DNA of 64,000 bases from Deltaproteobacteria bacterium (GCA_006226375.1 SBHC01000026.1:30903-94902), one strand, 5' to 3'; shown: positions 39,914-50,374, counted from the stretch's first letter. The notes: generated from the sequence alone by a model not told the origin. Numbers and translations: made by a program.

Positions 39914-41848
39914 TTAACGTCTTTGGGGAGAACGTCGTGTCGAGGGCGCCTGAAGTTTGGGAAGGGGAAGATTGTAAGGATACTTAAATCTCTTTCTCCA
40001 ATACATATATTGCCGATAGAAATGGACCTTGAGGCGAGCGTCAAAGTGAGTCTTGCGGTTGTAAACAAAGACAGTCCTGACATCTCCAGAGGTAAGATTG
40101 CAACGAAAGGTTGCCGAAGGTGGCCCAAAGAAACGACGTACTTTTTGCGCTGATACATTCCTTGAGTTCACTGCAACACGCTTGATCGCTTGCGCAGCGC
40201 TCAAGCCCTTTTGCTTCCAATGATTCAATTGACCTTGAATGGCCTTAACGAGCTTTGGGTTGTCTTGCGCTCGGAGGTACCGGCGAAACTCATCGTGAAT
40301 CTCCATGTACCCAGGAATGATAAAGTTAAAGAAGGGTGTTCCCAGCTTGGAAGTCCCCTGCCAATAGTAGGATACGTTGTTGTTCCAATGGTAGAAGTTC
40401 AACGTTTTGGGGTTGATTTGATAGACCCGCAACGCATCACGCGTCATCATTTGAATAGGACGGGCGGTCCAATACTCGGCAAGACCGTAAGCGAGGTTGT
40501 ATTTTTCTTTGTTCCGCATCAAACAATCTGCCAACGATTGAGCATCACCGGCCTTGGGCGACATCGCGAGCATCTCGTTCCAAGACACCTTCGCTTGCTT
40601 GAGTTGGGGCAAAGCGAGAAGAAAGACCACGATACAGACCCCAGAAACCACCGGAATAGCCCAAGGAACCCAACGAGGATGTAGAAGTGCCCTCTTGGTT
40701 TCCAACCGATAAGCAACATCAAACAGAAAAGCCAGGCAGAGATAAAAAGGAATGTAGGTGTAATACCGGCTGATGTTCCCTTTGGAAAGAAGCAAGTTAA
40801 ACGCGAGAATACACAGCGTAGCCCCAACAGCAAGTCCAAGCATGTAACCATGCGACCAATACACCAAAGGCTTGGGTTCGTCCGAGGTAAGGCTACGCAG
40901 CCATTGCACCATTCGAACAAACAGATAAGCAAACAACATCACTTGAACGAGCAGGAATAGGACAAGCAGGAAGCTACCTCCCAAGCTCGTGACGACCAAG
41001 TTCGCAAAGTTACGAAATGTGACGCTAAGATCCTTGACACCTTTGGGAGTGTAAGCCTGCCAAAGGTGGAACTGAGGCAAGGTGCTTTTGTACAGCACAA
41101 GGTACCCGAAAGCTGATGCTCCAAGCCCTGCAAGCGTTGCAGCGATCATCCTCTTCGAGTGCGAAGCTTTGAACCACCAGGACAATGCGGTGAGAACCAT
41201 CCATGTACCAAGAACGGGAGCGACAACGAAGGCTGCAAATTTAGCAGTACCTGTTAAACCGACACAAAGAATCGCAACCACCCAAAGGTAGTCATACCAT
41301 CGATGTTTCTGAACCAACAAGAACAATCGGGCGATAAGAAAATTTGCCAGAGAAAGATAAAGAAAGCGCCGTAGGTTGTTCGCGTTCGTGAAGATCACGT
41401 AGGTCGTACAAAGCAAATAATAGCTCCAACACAACAGCACCGTTGCACCCATAGCTATGGCTTGGGCAATCCAGCGCTGTGGATTCAGGACCACTCGCAG
41501 AACGTACCGCGTGGACGCATAGAGAAAAAGACCATTCACCCATGCGATCAAAAAACTTGTGAGAGGTATATTTTCTCGTGAGAGAAAGAAGAGTAGATAG
41601 TCAGAAACGACCACAAGTTCAAACCCACGCCCAGGAGGCTGGACCCAGTTTTGAAAAGGAAATCCGTGGTGAAACCAATCCTTGTAAAGGATCAAATACT
41701 CCAGGCCATCTCCATCAAGAGAACCATTCGCAAAAAAGAAAGGGAGCGCAGCCGCTGCCAAGGCCAGAACCAACAGTGCCTCACTCCCCAACCAACGCGA
41801 CCAGGGCGAAGAAGAAGTGGAGTTGTTGGGTTGTTCCTGAAGAGCCAT
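39914..41848 (-). CDS. Polytopic membrane protein with periplasmic C-domain, putative GT-C/glycan-modifying enzyme
   Basis: LDGDGLEY loop after TM1, about 11 TM helices, SRYY and GLAEYWTARP. Confidence 0.65.
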   Translation of the reverse strand: MALQEQPNNSTSSSPWSRWLGSEALLVLALAAAALPFFFANGSLDGDGLEYLILYKDWFHHGFPFQNWVQPPGRGFELVVVSDYLLFFLSRENIPLTSFLIAWVNGLFLYASTRYVLRVVLNPQRWIAQAIAMGATVLLCWSYYLLCTTYVIFTNANNLRRFLYLSLANFLIARLFLLVQKHRWYDYLWVVAILCVGLTGTAKFAAFVVAPVLGTWMVLTALSWWFKASHSKRMIAATLAGLGASAFGYLVLYKSTLPQFHLWQAYTPKGVKDLSVTFRNFANLVVTSLGGSFLLVLFLLVQVMLFAYLFVRMVQWLRSLTSDEPKPLVYWSHGYMLGLAVGATLCILAFNLLLSKGNISRYYTYIPFYLCLAFLFDVAYRLETKRALLHPRWVPWAIPVVSGVCIVVFLLALPQLKQAKVSWNEMLAMSPKAGDAQSLADCLMRNKEKYNLAYGLAEYWTARPIQMMTRDALRVYQINPKTLNFYHWNNNVSYYWQGTSKLGTPFFNFIIPGYMEIHDEFRRYLRAQDNPKLVKAIQGQLNHWKQKGLSAAQAIKRVAVNSRNVSAQKVRRFFGPPSATFRCNLTSGDVRTVFVYNRKTHFDARLKVHFYRQYMYWRKRFKYPYNLPLPKLQAPSTRRSPQRR

Positions 41849-41950
41849 ACCTTGTCCTGTTCGGAGAAGCCGTTTTGGGGAGAAGTGAATGGCTCAAAAG
41901 TACCAGATGCTCCCGTGCTTGTCGAGATTGCCAGAGAGCGTTTCAACAGA

Positions 41951-44764
41951 TTATTGGATGGACTGACCTCGTGTCCCCCACCGCAACTGTAGCATTGCCG
42001 ATGGGGTAAGCCAAAACGCCCAGGGCCCAGGGACACGGACACGGGGGTCGGAGCTGTCTTTCTGCAGGGTTCCTTGGTAAAAAATCGCTCGAAGTCGAAA
42101 GGCCATCGACAGATAGGACGTCAGCGCAAAGCTAAGTACGTTGTCTAGCTCCAACTCATGGGTAGGCTGAACCGAAGCACCCTTAACATCGACAGGGACG
42201 GAGAGACGGAAGGTGTAACGCCCCATGGATTGGAAGGTCATGACGCGCTGACCCAAGGACAAGAGCTTGAGTTCACCTGTTCGGTACAGCAAAACAAAGC
42301 CCGGCAGAAAGTTTGTGTCAGGAAAACCACCAATGTTGGGGTATGTTTGCATATCCGGGCTGCCAAAATCGGGAAACTGCTCCAGGGCAAACTCCCTCTT
42401 GGCGCTCACAGAGAGTCCAAAGATGAGGTACTTGGGAACTGCGTCCACTTCAAAGCCCACTTCACCTTCCAAAGAAAAGCTTCGGTATCGTATCTGATTG
42501 AGGGTCTCAACGTAAGCAGTATCGGAGAGATTGGGACGCCCACGCCGGGTGAGTTCGGTTTGAAGTTCAGCCCGAACCAACGGTCGAAACCTCTTGATTC
42601 GTTGGTACCGGTATTGCGTGTTCAACAAGACCTGATCGTTTACTTCGTCAAAGATATCCGAGATCCCCAGAGCACCTCGTTCTTTGACCACAGTTTGTGA
42701 GCGTATGTATGCCCCATAGTGAAGCAAAAAGTTGGAGTCCCATTGGTGAGACCGGGTCCCGGCATGGAGGGCAATGTTAAGCGTTCCTGAGAACTGGTAC
42801 TGGGTAAAAAAATCGGTGGGGATGCGCGGATACGAACGAGCACCCACCAAATCAACAGGTGAGATGTGATTGGAGTCAAAAGCCAAAGCAATGGAAGTGT
42901 CCAAACTCCAGGCAAAGGCTTCGTTAAGTTCAAGAACCTTTCCATCGTACGGGATGATGGTCCCAGGAAGTTTTTGAGAAGATTGCGCCAAGGCTGGGTT
43001 TCGTCGCTGCCTCTCTCGGCTCCAGCTCCTGAACTGGTCGTTCTTAAAGTGATGACGCAGCAGGGTTCGCAGTTTAGGACAACATCGACTGGAGCAAGGG
43101 TCCGATAGCTTCACCTGTTGGTTGCAGGTTGGGTAAGTTATCACCTTCCACATGCTATCCAGCTTCTTGAGCTTTCGCTGTGCAAACACCAATGCTCGGC
43201 GGCTCGCAACGGTGGGTTTCAGGTTGGATTTAAGCTTCCGTATGGTACGAAGAAGCTGGGTTCTTTGACGACTCACCACATATTCAATGGTTACAAACTG
43301 GTAAATCTTGTTGGGCTCCACAGCGCGCCCATTGACTTGCTTCTGTTTGGGCGACCAACCTGCGTAAGCCATCTCTTCGTCTAAGGTTTCGATGGATCCG
43401 GTTCGGGGCAGAAACCACCGAAGAAGTTCTTTCCCCGTTAAGGTAACTCGAACCAACTTGGAGTTAAAGGGGAGCGCCTGGTACAGGTCGTCTGCGGTAA
43501 TGAACTGCTTCAAAGGAAAAGGCCGACTCCGGATGGCGCCTTCATTAATGACGGCCAACTCCGACTTTGTGGTATGTCGCAAAACATTCAGGACATACTC
43601 CAAGAAGTTCTTGTAGGTCATCGCCTTCCCAGAAGGAATACGACCTGTCCCAAGCTGTATCCCCCAACGTTTGCAGTAGGTGTTCTCCCAGCCTTGGAGT
43701 TTCTGTTGCCAACCTGCATCCACCACCTGACTTTGGAGGGGCATGCTGATCGGCTTAACATCAACGAGGGTTGCTTTTGCAGCGTTGCTTGGCTTCCGTA
43801 ACTGAAGGTCCACGCGATGCAACATCCTTCCGTACTTTCCGCCTCCAACCATATACACATGCTCGCCTTTGCGATTGGTATAGATCACCGTTTGGGTGTG
43901 GGTTGAACCATCGCGAAGTCCATTGGTGAGGATAACATCAATGCCTGGAACCTCTTTCGCAAGTTGTCGAAGCTCACGATTGGCGCTGTTGGTGTGGCCC
44001 AAATGTGACATAACAACCGTCAGGTCGACAGGTAACTTCTCCTTTCGAATTTGCTCCATCACCTGTTTGGCATGTGCGATAGGTGGAGCAATCCGCAAAC
44101 CGAGCAGTCTCTTGCCAGCAACAGGCATATCCTGCGGCACCAAGTGGAACACAGCGATGCGAAGTTGTTTCCCTTGGAAGGGCTGCGTTTGAAACACAAA
44201 GTAGCTTCGCTTTTGTTGAAGCTTGTCACGGTTAATGACGATGTGAAGTGGATGCCGCGACTCTGTTCCAACAAGATTGGAGGCGGAGAACTGGAGCGCA
44301 TTCCTTCGAGATTTCTGCAAAAAGGTATCCAAGGCCTGCAAAGAGACCGAAAACTCATGATTACCAATGCCAATGAGATCATAACCAAAGGCAAGGAACA
44401 GGTCGGCCAACGCAGTAGCCCCCTTCCCTTTCGGCTGTGAGAGAAGAAAGCGGATATCGTGACGTGGTCCTAGGAAGTCGCCCGTGTTGAAGAGCAGAGG
44501 CTGTGGCTTTCCAGCCTGCTGATGGGCCTTTCGAACGGTCTGAACCTGCCCCAGCAAATGTGCCAGAGAAAAGCGAGCTGCCTTTGCTTTCTCTCCAGGC
44601 TTCTGACAGCGAAACCCCTGCAAATGCCCCCCGATGTCCGGTGTAAACAACAACGTGAGAGGCACGTTTTGAGCGGGTTTGGTCTGCGCTTGCGCGCTGA
44701 AAAAGCAAACCAACCACCCCACAATCCCCAGACCAAAGCCTCTCATCCATTTCCTACTCTGCAC
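41951..44764 (-). CDS. 5'-nucleotidase-like (metallophosphoesterase + C-domain) protein fused to a probable outer-membrane beta-barrel
   Basis: Signal peptide AQA-Q. NTGDFLG, IGNHEF, SASNL, MSHLG, INEGAIR, LPFNSKL and LTGKEL. The last ~320 aa show alternating amphipathic beta-strands. Confidence 0.8.
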   Translation of the reverse strand: MQSRKWMRGFGLGIVGWLVCFFSAQAQTKPAQNVPLTLLFTPDIGGHLQGFRCQKPGEKAKAARFSLAHLLGQVQTVRKAHQQAGKPQPLLFNTGDFLGPRHDIRFLLSQPKGKGATALADLFLAFGYDLIGIGNHEFSVSLQALDTFLQKSRRNALQFSASNLVGTESRHPLHIVINRDKLQQKRSYFVFQTQPFQGKQLRIAVFHLVPQDMPVAGKRLLGLRIAPPIAHAKQVMEQIRKEKLPVDLTVVMSHLGHTNSANRELRQLAKEVPGIDVILTNGLRDGSTHTQTVIYTNRKGEHVYMVGGGKYGRMLHRVDLQLRKPSNAAKATLVDVKPISMPLQSQVVDAGWQQKLQGWENTYCKRWGIQLGTGRIPSGKAMTYKNFLEYVLNVLRHTTKSELAVINEGAIRSRPFPLKQFITADDLYQALPFNSKLVRVTLTGKELLRWFLPRTGSIETLDEEMAYAGWSPKQKQVNGRAVEPNKIYQFVTIEYVVSRQRTQLLRTIRKLKSNLKPTVASRRALVFAQRKLKKLDSMWKVITYPTCNQQVKLSDPCSSRCCPKLRTLLRHHFKNDQFRSWSRERQRRNPALAQSSQKLPGTIIPYDGKVLELNEAFAWSLDTSIALAFDSNHISPVDLVGARSYPRIPTDFFTQYQFSGTLNIALHAGTRSHQWDSNFLLHYGAYIRSQTVVKERGALGISDIFDEVNDQVLLNTQYRYQRIKRFRPLVRAELQTELTRRGRPNLSDTAYVETLNQIRYRSFSLEGEVGFEVDAVPKYLIFGLSVSAKREFALEQFPDFGSPDMQTYPNIGGFPDTNFLPGFVLLYRTGELKLLSLGQRVMTFQSMGRYTFRLSVPVDVKGASVQPTHELELDNVLSFALTSYLSMAFRLRAIFYQGTLQKDSSDPRVRVPGPWAFWLTPSAMLQLRWGTRGQSIQ

Positions 44765-44860
44765 GTTTCATCCTTTCCAACGGAGAATTCCCTTCACGCA
44801 CCGGCTCACGTATCAATGCATCTATACGAGTTACGGCTAAACTAACACATAACAAGGAAA

Positions 44861-45110
44861 GGGTTGACGAATCCAAAGTTCTCATATGCATTTGTATTAT
44901 CTAACAAACAAGACTACAGAAGAGAACAATGGCCCCTCAAAACCTCTTGATTACCGTGTACGACATTGTCTGTCAAGGCTACAAGCATGTTCTCCCGTAC
45001 GAATGTCAACGATTCAACAACAAGAAGAAGAACCACTTTTCACAGACCAAGAGGTGATGACAATCTTTCTTTTTGGTATGTTAAGAAGGCGATTTCAACT
45101 CAGAGAGTTT
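44861..45110 (+). mobile_element. Truncated, frameshifted transposase remnant (IS982-like N-terminus)
   Basis: ATG 44929 MAPQNLLITVYDIVCQGYKHVLPYECQRFNN, then in another frame PLFTDQEVMTIFLFGMLRRRF. Resembles the CQRFSNN..FTDxEVxTIYLF N-terminus of IS982-type DDE transposases. No catalytic core. Confidence 0.6.
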
Positions 45111-45111
45111 G

Positions 45112-45560
45112 GTTCCCTTGTCGAACCACATCAGGTGAGTGTTATGGGTGAAAGATACAGCCTGCAACGTTTTCAACCCCCGATTGCCGTCAGTTGCCCT
45201 CTTGCGGTGAAACAGGAAGTTGCGGTTTTGTCGATGGGAAGTGCTTGCCCACGAAACGCGAACACTGCATGCTCTCGTTGATTTGTGAAAACGAGGGGCG
45301 CCCTGGTAGACGAAGCATGCGCTCCAACCCAAGACGAACATTGCGCAAAAAAACACAGAATGCTCCGCCTCAGGACATTGTGGATATGCCAACGGAGCAT
45401 GCGTCCCAACCCAAGATGTGCATTGCATCGGCTCAAGTGCTTGCCAGCAGTTTGGCCGCAGCTCCCTACAAGAAGAGCGATGGGAAGAGAGAAGGGACAA
45501 TACGGAGTGGGAGCTCACTTTCAATTCTAGAGTTGTTATTCCACACCTGAGGGAGTGAGA
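45112..45560 (+). pseudogene. Frameshifted fragment of a Cys-rich tandem-repeat protein
   Basis: Stitching frames gives DCRQLPSCGETGSCGFVDGKCLPTKREHCMLSLICENEGR / LVDEACAPTQDEHCA / TECSASGHCGYANGACVPTQDVHCIGSSACQQFGR: ~26-aa four-Cys repeats with at least 2 frameshifts. Confidence 0.6.
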
Positions 45561-45597
45561 TCGCCCACGATAGTGAGAATCAACTTTTTGTAATGGG

Positions 45598-45980
45598 TCA
45601 CAACTTGATAAGCTGGGTTTTCAGAGACACTGGAGACGCGCAAGATCCCAAGGCTTGGCCCGAATAGGCAAAGTGCTTAAAACCTGGTTGCTGCGAAACC
45701 TTAAGCGTCCGGGCCGTTCCATTCGGCTGCATCCGCAAAAGAAAGACACCATCCTCACTATCCCAAGCAACTGCAAGCTCGCGACCTGTCCACGAGATAC
45801 GTGGAAACTCATCGGAATAGTCATTGAACGTCAACCGAGTATCATGGGTGCCATGGGGCAGCTTGACTCCTGACCGACTCAAGCGAGCGAGATAGATTTC
45901 ACGGTTGCCGTCTCGACTGTCTCCCCAAACAACGGCCCACTCGTTGCCAGTCCAAGTGATGTCAGGGTCATACACCCAAG
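45598..45980 (-). pseudogene. Internal fragment of an extracellular beta-repeat protein
   Basis: Two repeats, PDITWTGNEWAVVWGDSRDGNREIYLARL and PRISWTGRELAVAWD. No signal peptide or convincing start. Confidence 0.55.
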
Positions 45981-45982
45981 GG

Positions 45983-47165
45983 ACTGCGACTTCGAGATCT
46001 CAACAGCCTCAATGGAACCCTCTGTTGCACCCTACAAGTGATGGACGTCTACTTGCATCCTGGGGCTCAATTTCTTGTGGATGAAACGCTTGTTTCGCTG
46101 CAATCCAAAGGTCAACAACAAGAGTTGGAACTTCATTACTACGACGACACACGCCAGATGGTGGGCAAAAGTGAAGCCATGCGCCGGGTGTTTGGCCGCC
46201 TTCCCAAGCTAGCCATTAAAGACTCCCCGAACTTGCTCACGGGAGAAACAGGCACTGGGAAGAGCAGCCTCGCTCGAATTGTTCACGAGCAAAGCCCGCG
46301 TAAAGATCGGCCTTTTGTTGTGGTCAACTGTGGAGCGTTGTCACCAACCTTGATTGAATCCCAGCTGTTTGGACACGAGAAAGGAGCCTTCACAGGAGCA
46401 GAAGAGCCTCACCGAGGATTTTAGAACAAGCACACACAGGCACGCTGCTTTTGGACGAAGTGGGAGATCTACCACTCTCCCTGCAGCCCAAACTTCTGGA
46501 TGTACTGGAGCGTAAGTCGATTCGTCGGTTGGGTGGGGAAAAAGAAATCAACGTTGACTTTCGTTTAATCTCAGCCACCCACCGGGATCAACGCACAGAC
46601 ATCAAGAAGAACTTGTTCCGGCAAGATCTGTTCTATCGACTTGCTGTGGTTGAGTTGGAGATAGCCCCCCTTCGCCAACGACCTGAAGATATAACTCTTC
46701 TCGCCGGTCTGTTTTTTGCAACAACACGAAGAGCAACTCCAACTTCACCCAGGCGCTCTTCGCAAACTCCAACACTATGTATGGCCTGAAAATGTTCGAC
46801 AGCTCAACAATGTGCTCCAACGCGCGGTAGCCCTTCAACAACAAGACACAACAGAAGGGAATCATCTACGATACATCACCGAAGATGAAATTGTCCTTCC
46901 CAGCACCTCACAAGATATCCTTGAAACGAATGAACTCGGGACCCCACCATCGGGAGAACTTCAACCCCACGAGACACCTCCATCCTTCTATCAATCAATA
47001 TTGGAGCAAGGTGTACCGTTCAAAAGCGCGATGGAAAGCACAGAGCGCGAACTCATCACTCTGGCCCTGGAACAAAATCGTTGGAAGATCCAAGATACAG
47101 CAGACGCCCTCCAAATCACTCGAAACTGGCTCTACAAACGAATGAAGAAGTATGGCATTGAGTAG
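45983..47165 (+). pseudogene. FHA-domain sigma54-dependent Fis-family activator, 5'-truncated and frameshifted
   Basis: LRDLNSLNGT (FHA C-half), GETGTGKS, HEKGAFTGA, LDEVG, FRQDLFYRL, WPENVRQL and a C-terminal HTH are spread over three frames (46038-46424, 46451-46789, 46716-47165). Confidence 0.88.
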
Positions 47166-47233
47166 CCTTCCAACCTTTGCGTTGATGTTTTGATGCACGT
47201 AGCCAAGCCAGTGACTGTCAGGACACCCATGAA

Positions 47234-47815
47234 CTAGAGATTGAGCCACCCCTCACCAACGCCAAGGAATACAAGATCTGGGAACCCTTTCGACTCAAGG
47301 TGCTCCTTGAGAAACTTGTGTACCAGAATGGTCGAAAAGTCCTCAGCCAACCGAAAGATCAGTAGGCCGTCTGGTTTCTGTGGGACGAACCCATACTGTT
47401 CGACATCAATACCATCACTTGGTTCTTCAACCTCAATCTCTCCTTTCAACTCTGCAATCTTGACAAGACCTATAATGTTGATGGCCTTGTATCCGGTGTA
47501 TTTGATCTCTTCGTCCACAGTTTCCAGAACGGCATCATAGGAGACAACATTCTCAACACCTGCTTCGTGCAAGGCGTCCACAAACGCCTGGCTCGCGATG
47601 GAGATAGCATAATAAAATGAGATAGGAGTGCTATTTTCACAACCTTCCTGAATGGTCACAGGAATTGGCTGTTCAGGATCTTGGGTAAACGGTCGACCGA
47701 ACATCCAGTCATTGTTCATATCATCGGGTAGGTCGGGTGTTCCGTAAAGCATCATACCGTCTTCTACCGCACTCACGCTGGACTGCAAGATGTAATAGTT
47801 ACGTTCGCTCATCAT
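47234..47815 (-). CDS. Imm11/DUF1629-like immunity protein
   Basis: Acidic 193 aa. SQAFVDALHEAGVENVVSY, YKAINIIGLV and IFRLAE..STILVHKFLKEHL match the Imm11 pattern. SD AAGGAG. Confidence 0.7.
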   Translation of the reverse strand: MMSERNYYILQSSVSAVEDGMMLYGTPDLPDDMNNDWMFGRPFTQDPEQPIPVTIQEGCENSTPISFYYAISIASQAFVDALHEAGVENVVSYDAVLETVDEEIKYTGYKAINIIGLVKIAELKGEIEVEEPSDGIDVEQYGFVPQKPDGLLIFRLAEDFSTILVHKFLKEHLESKGFPDLVFLGVGEGWLNL

Positions 47816-48023
47816 AACTCCTTGAAAGGAAGAGAAAGCATACCATAACCTATGGGCGATGGAATGCTGTCTGGCTGGAATTCTACTTCCAGGGTGGCTG
47901 TACCTACGACAACGCTCCTAAGCATACTTGGACACCATCGGTTTGAAGAATGGAGAAAAATGACTGTCAGATTGCGGGAGACACGGAGCGAGAAGGTAGG
48001 CTCATCGGAGAGAAGGAACGAAA

Positions 48024-50102
48024 CTATGACTCATCCTCTTGCTTGAGCTCGTCAATGATTTGCTTTTGCACTGGAGGAGGCACTTGCTCGTAGTGGGAAA
48101 ACTCAGAAGAGAAGATGCCGCGGCCTTCCGTCATCGACGTAAGCTGGTTGGCGTACGTTTGCACCTCAACCTCAGGAACCTTCGCAACAATGGTCACGTT
48201 CTTGCCTCGGTAGGTCGTCTCCTCAATTCGGCCACGACGACGGTTCAGGTCGCCGGAGATATCGCCCTGATGGTCGGCTGGAATGGTCACTCGAAGCGAC
48301 ACATAAGGCTCCAGCAAGACAGGCTTGCACTCCTTGACGGCAGCTTGGAAAGCAAAGCTACCTGCCATCTTAAAGGCCTGCTCGGAGGAGTCCACGTTAT
48401 GGGTCTTTCCGTCGTGAAGCCTGACATGAAAATCAATCGTGGGACAACCAGACAAAACGCCTTTCACTGCAGCCTCTTCGATGCCCTTCTCCACCGCCGG
48501 AATGTAGGTTTTCGGAATGACACCACCGACAATGCCATCTTCAAACACAAAGCCCTCACCTTGTTCGGCAGGCTTCATGTCGATCACGCAAACCGCAAAT
48601 TGTCCCCGTCCTCCCGATTGTTTCTTCAGCTTGCCTTCGACGTTGGTGGCGGAACCACGAATGGTCTCTTTGTAAGCAATCTTTGGGAGGGTCAGAGTAA
48701 TCTCCTGCTTGAAGTGATGGAGCAGTTGGTCTTTGATGATGTCGATGTGGCCTTGCCCCTGCCCGCTCAACAACAGCTCGTGCGTGATGGGATTGCGGTC
48801 CAGGATCAGGGAAGTGTCTTCTTCCGCGAGACGGTGCAACCCTTGCATCACCTTGTCTTCATCAGAAGCGTGGATCGCATAGGTCAACAAGGGCTCAGGC
48901 TTGTGAATCATATCAAACTGTACGGAGTGCTCCGGATCAACCAATGAGTCGCCTGTACGCGACGTTTTCATCTTGGTGACGCCAACAATATCACCCGTAA
49001 TCGCCTTGTCGATGGGGCTATTGTCTTTGCCTTGCAGTTGGTTGAGGGTTCCCAATCGACCTGTGCCATCAAGGTTGGGGTTATGAAGTTCAGCAGAGCC
49101 GTCGGTTTCTCCGCGAAACACTCGGAAGATCCCAAACTTTCCAACCCGTGACAGGACAATCTTAAAGAGGATGGCAGCAAAGGGCCCATCGGTAGAGGGA
49201 GTTACCTCGACATGGTTTCCTTCTTTGTCGACACCTTCAATGGGCTTTCGCTCCAAGGGGTTGGGACCGTATTTGCACATCATGTTCATCAACGGTTGGA
49301 TCCCAATGTTGGAGGTGGCAGAACCATAAAGGACGGGAATGACCTCTCCTTTTTTGAGCGCACGCATAAAGCCTGCACGCAGCTCTTCTTGGCACAGCTC
49401 TCCATCCTCCAACATGTGCTCCGCCAACACTTCGTCGCTTTCGGCAACAACGTACATCAAGTTTTCACGGGCTTCCGCGACAGCGTCGGCCATCTCTGCA
49501 GGGATGTCACTCTCTTCCATCTTGCCCGAGCCATCGCGAACAAACCGGTAGGCTTTCTCCTCCAGCAAATCCACAATGCCTTCAAATTGACCCGCGGTAC
49601 CCATGGGAAGATGCACCGCAACAACGGGTGAATCCGAGAAATGTTCTTTGATATCCTTGAGCGTGGCTTTGGGGTCTGTTCGTTCTTTGTCGCATTTGTT
49701 GACAAAGACAACCCGAGGCATTCCGAGAGTGTCTGCACGCGCCCACAAGATCTCGGTTCCTACTTCCGTACCTTCCGTGGCCGACACCACAAACAAGGCA
49801 AGATCCACAACTCCCATGAGATTGCGAGACTCTGGGATAAAGTTCAGATCACCGGCCGTATCGATGAGATTCACTTTCTTGTCGTTCCACGGCACCCAAC
49901 CAGGCGTGGCCGAGATGGTAAAGCCCTTGTTTTGTTCCTCTTCGTGAAAATCAAACAGAGATGTTTTGGCATCCACCGAACCCAAACGCGTGGTGATCCC
50001 ACTATTGAACAGAAACGCTTCTGCCAATGATGTTTTCCCACATCCCCGGTGCCCGAACAGTCCAACGTTTCGAATCGCTTCGGTTTGAAAAGCTTTCGAC
50101 AT
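48024..50102 (-). CDS. fusA: Elongation factor G paralogue (EF-G2 type)
   Basis: GHRGCGKT, KGFTI, DTAG, NKCD, GQGQGHI, KQSGGRGQF, HNVDSSEQAF and LLEP. SD AAGGAGG. Divergent G-domain and not in a str operon. Confidence 0.92.
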   Translation of the reverse strand: MSKAFQTEAIRNVGLFGHRGCGKTSLAEAFLFNSGITTRLGSVDAKTSLFDFHEEEQNKGFTISATPGWVPWNDKKVNLIDTAGDLNFIPESRNLMGVVDLALFVVSATEGTEVGTEILWARADTLGMPRVVFVNKCDKERTDPKATLKDIKEHFSDSPVVAVHLPMGTAGQFEGIVDLLEEKAYRFVRDGSGKMEESDIPAEMADAVAEARENLMYVVAESDEVLAEHMLEDGELCQEELRAGFMRALKKGEVIPVLYGSATSNIGIQPLMNMMCKYGPNPLERKPIEGVDKEGNHVEVTPSTDGPFAAILFKIVLSRVGKFGIFRVFRGETDGSAELHNPNLDGTGRLGTLNQLQGKDNSPIDKAITGDIVGVTKMKTSRTGDSLVDPEHSVQFDMIHKPEPLLTYAIHASDEDKVMQGLHRLAEEDTSLILDRNPITHELLLSGQGQGHIDIIKDQLLHHFKQEITLTLPKIAYKETIRGSATNVEGKLKKQSGGRGQFAVCVIDMKPAEQGEGFVFEDGIVGGVIPKTYIPAVEKGIEEAAVKGVLSGCPTIDFHVRLHDGKTHNVDSSEQAFKMAGSFAFQAAVKECKPVLLEPYVSLRVTIPADHQGDISGDLNRRRGRIEETTYRGKNVTIVAKVPEVEVQTYANQLTSMTEGRGIFSSEFSHYEQVPPPVQKQIIDELKQEDES

Positions 50103-50374
50103 GACTGACCTCCTTTGGTTAAATCGTGGTGGTTTAACCAATGTAACGAAGTATCAGACAAAGAACCACAGTATTTAGCGAATGCGGGATAAACAAAGAC
50201 CCTTAAGAGAGAAACAAAGCCAGCACAGTCTTGGCCAAGCCACCTACAACAAAAGAAAAAAGAAAGCTCCACATTGACTCTGTCTCATGGTATTTTGGCG
50301 AAAAGAGACTTGCTCCCATCCAAACTTATAGAGTTCTTACGAGACGAGCGATAACAAACCAAACAGGGACGACC

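Noticed and set aside
46400-46800. Programmed frameshifting to make a full sigma54 activator
   Set aside because: Two separate shifts plus a truncated FHA domain and decayed neighbours fit pseudogenisation better.
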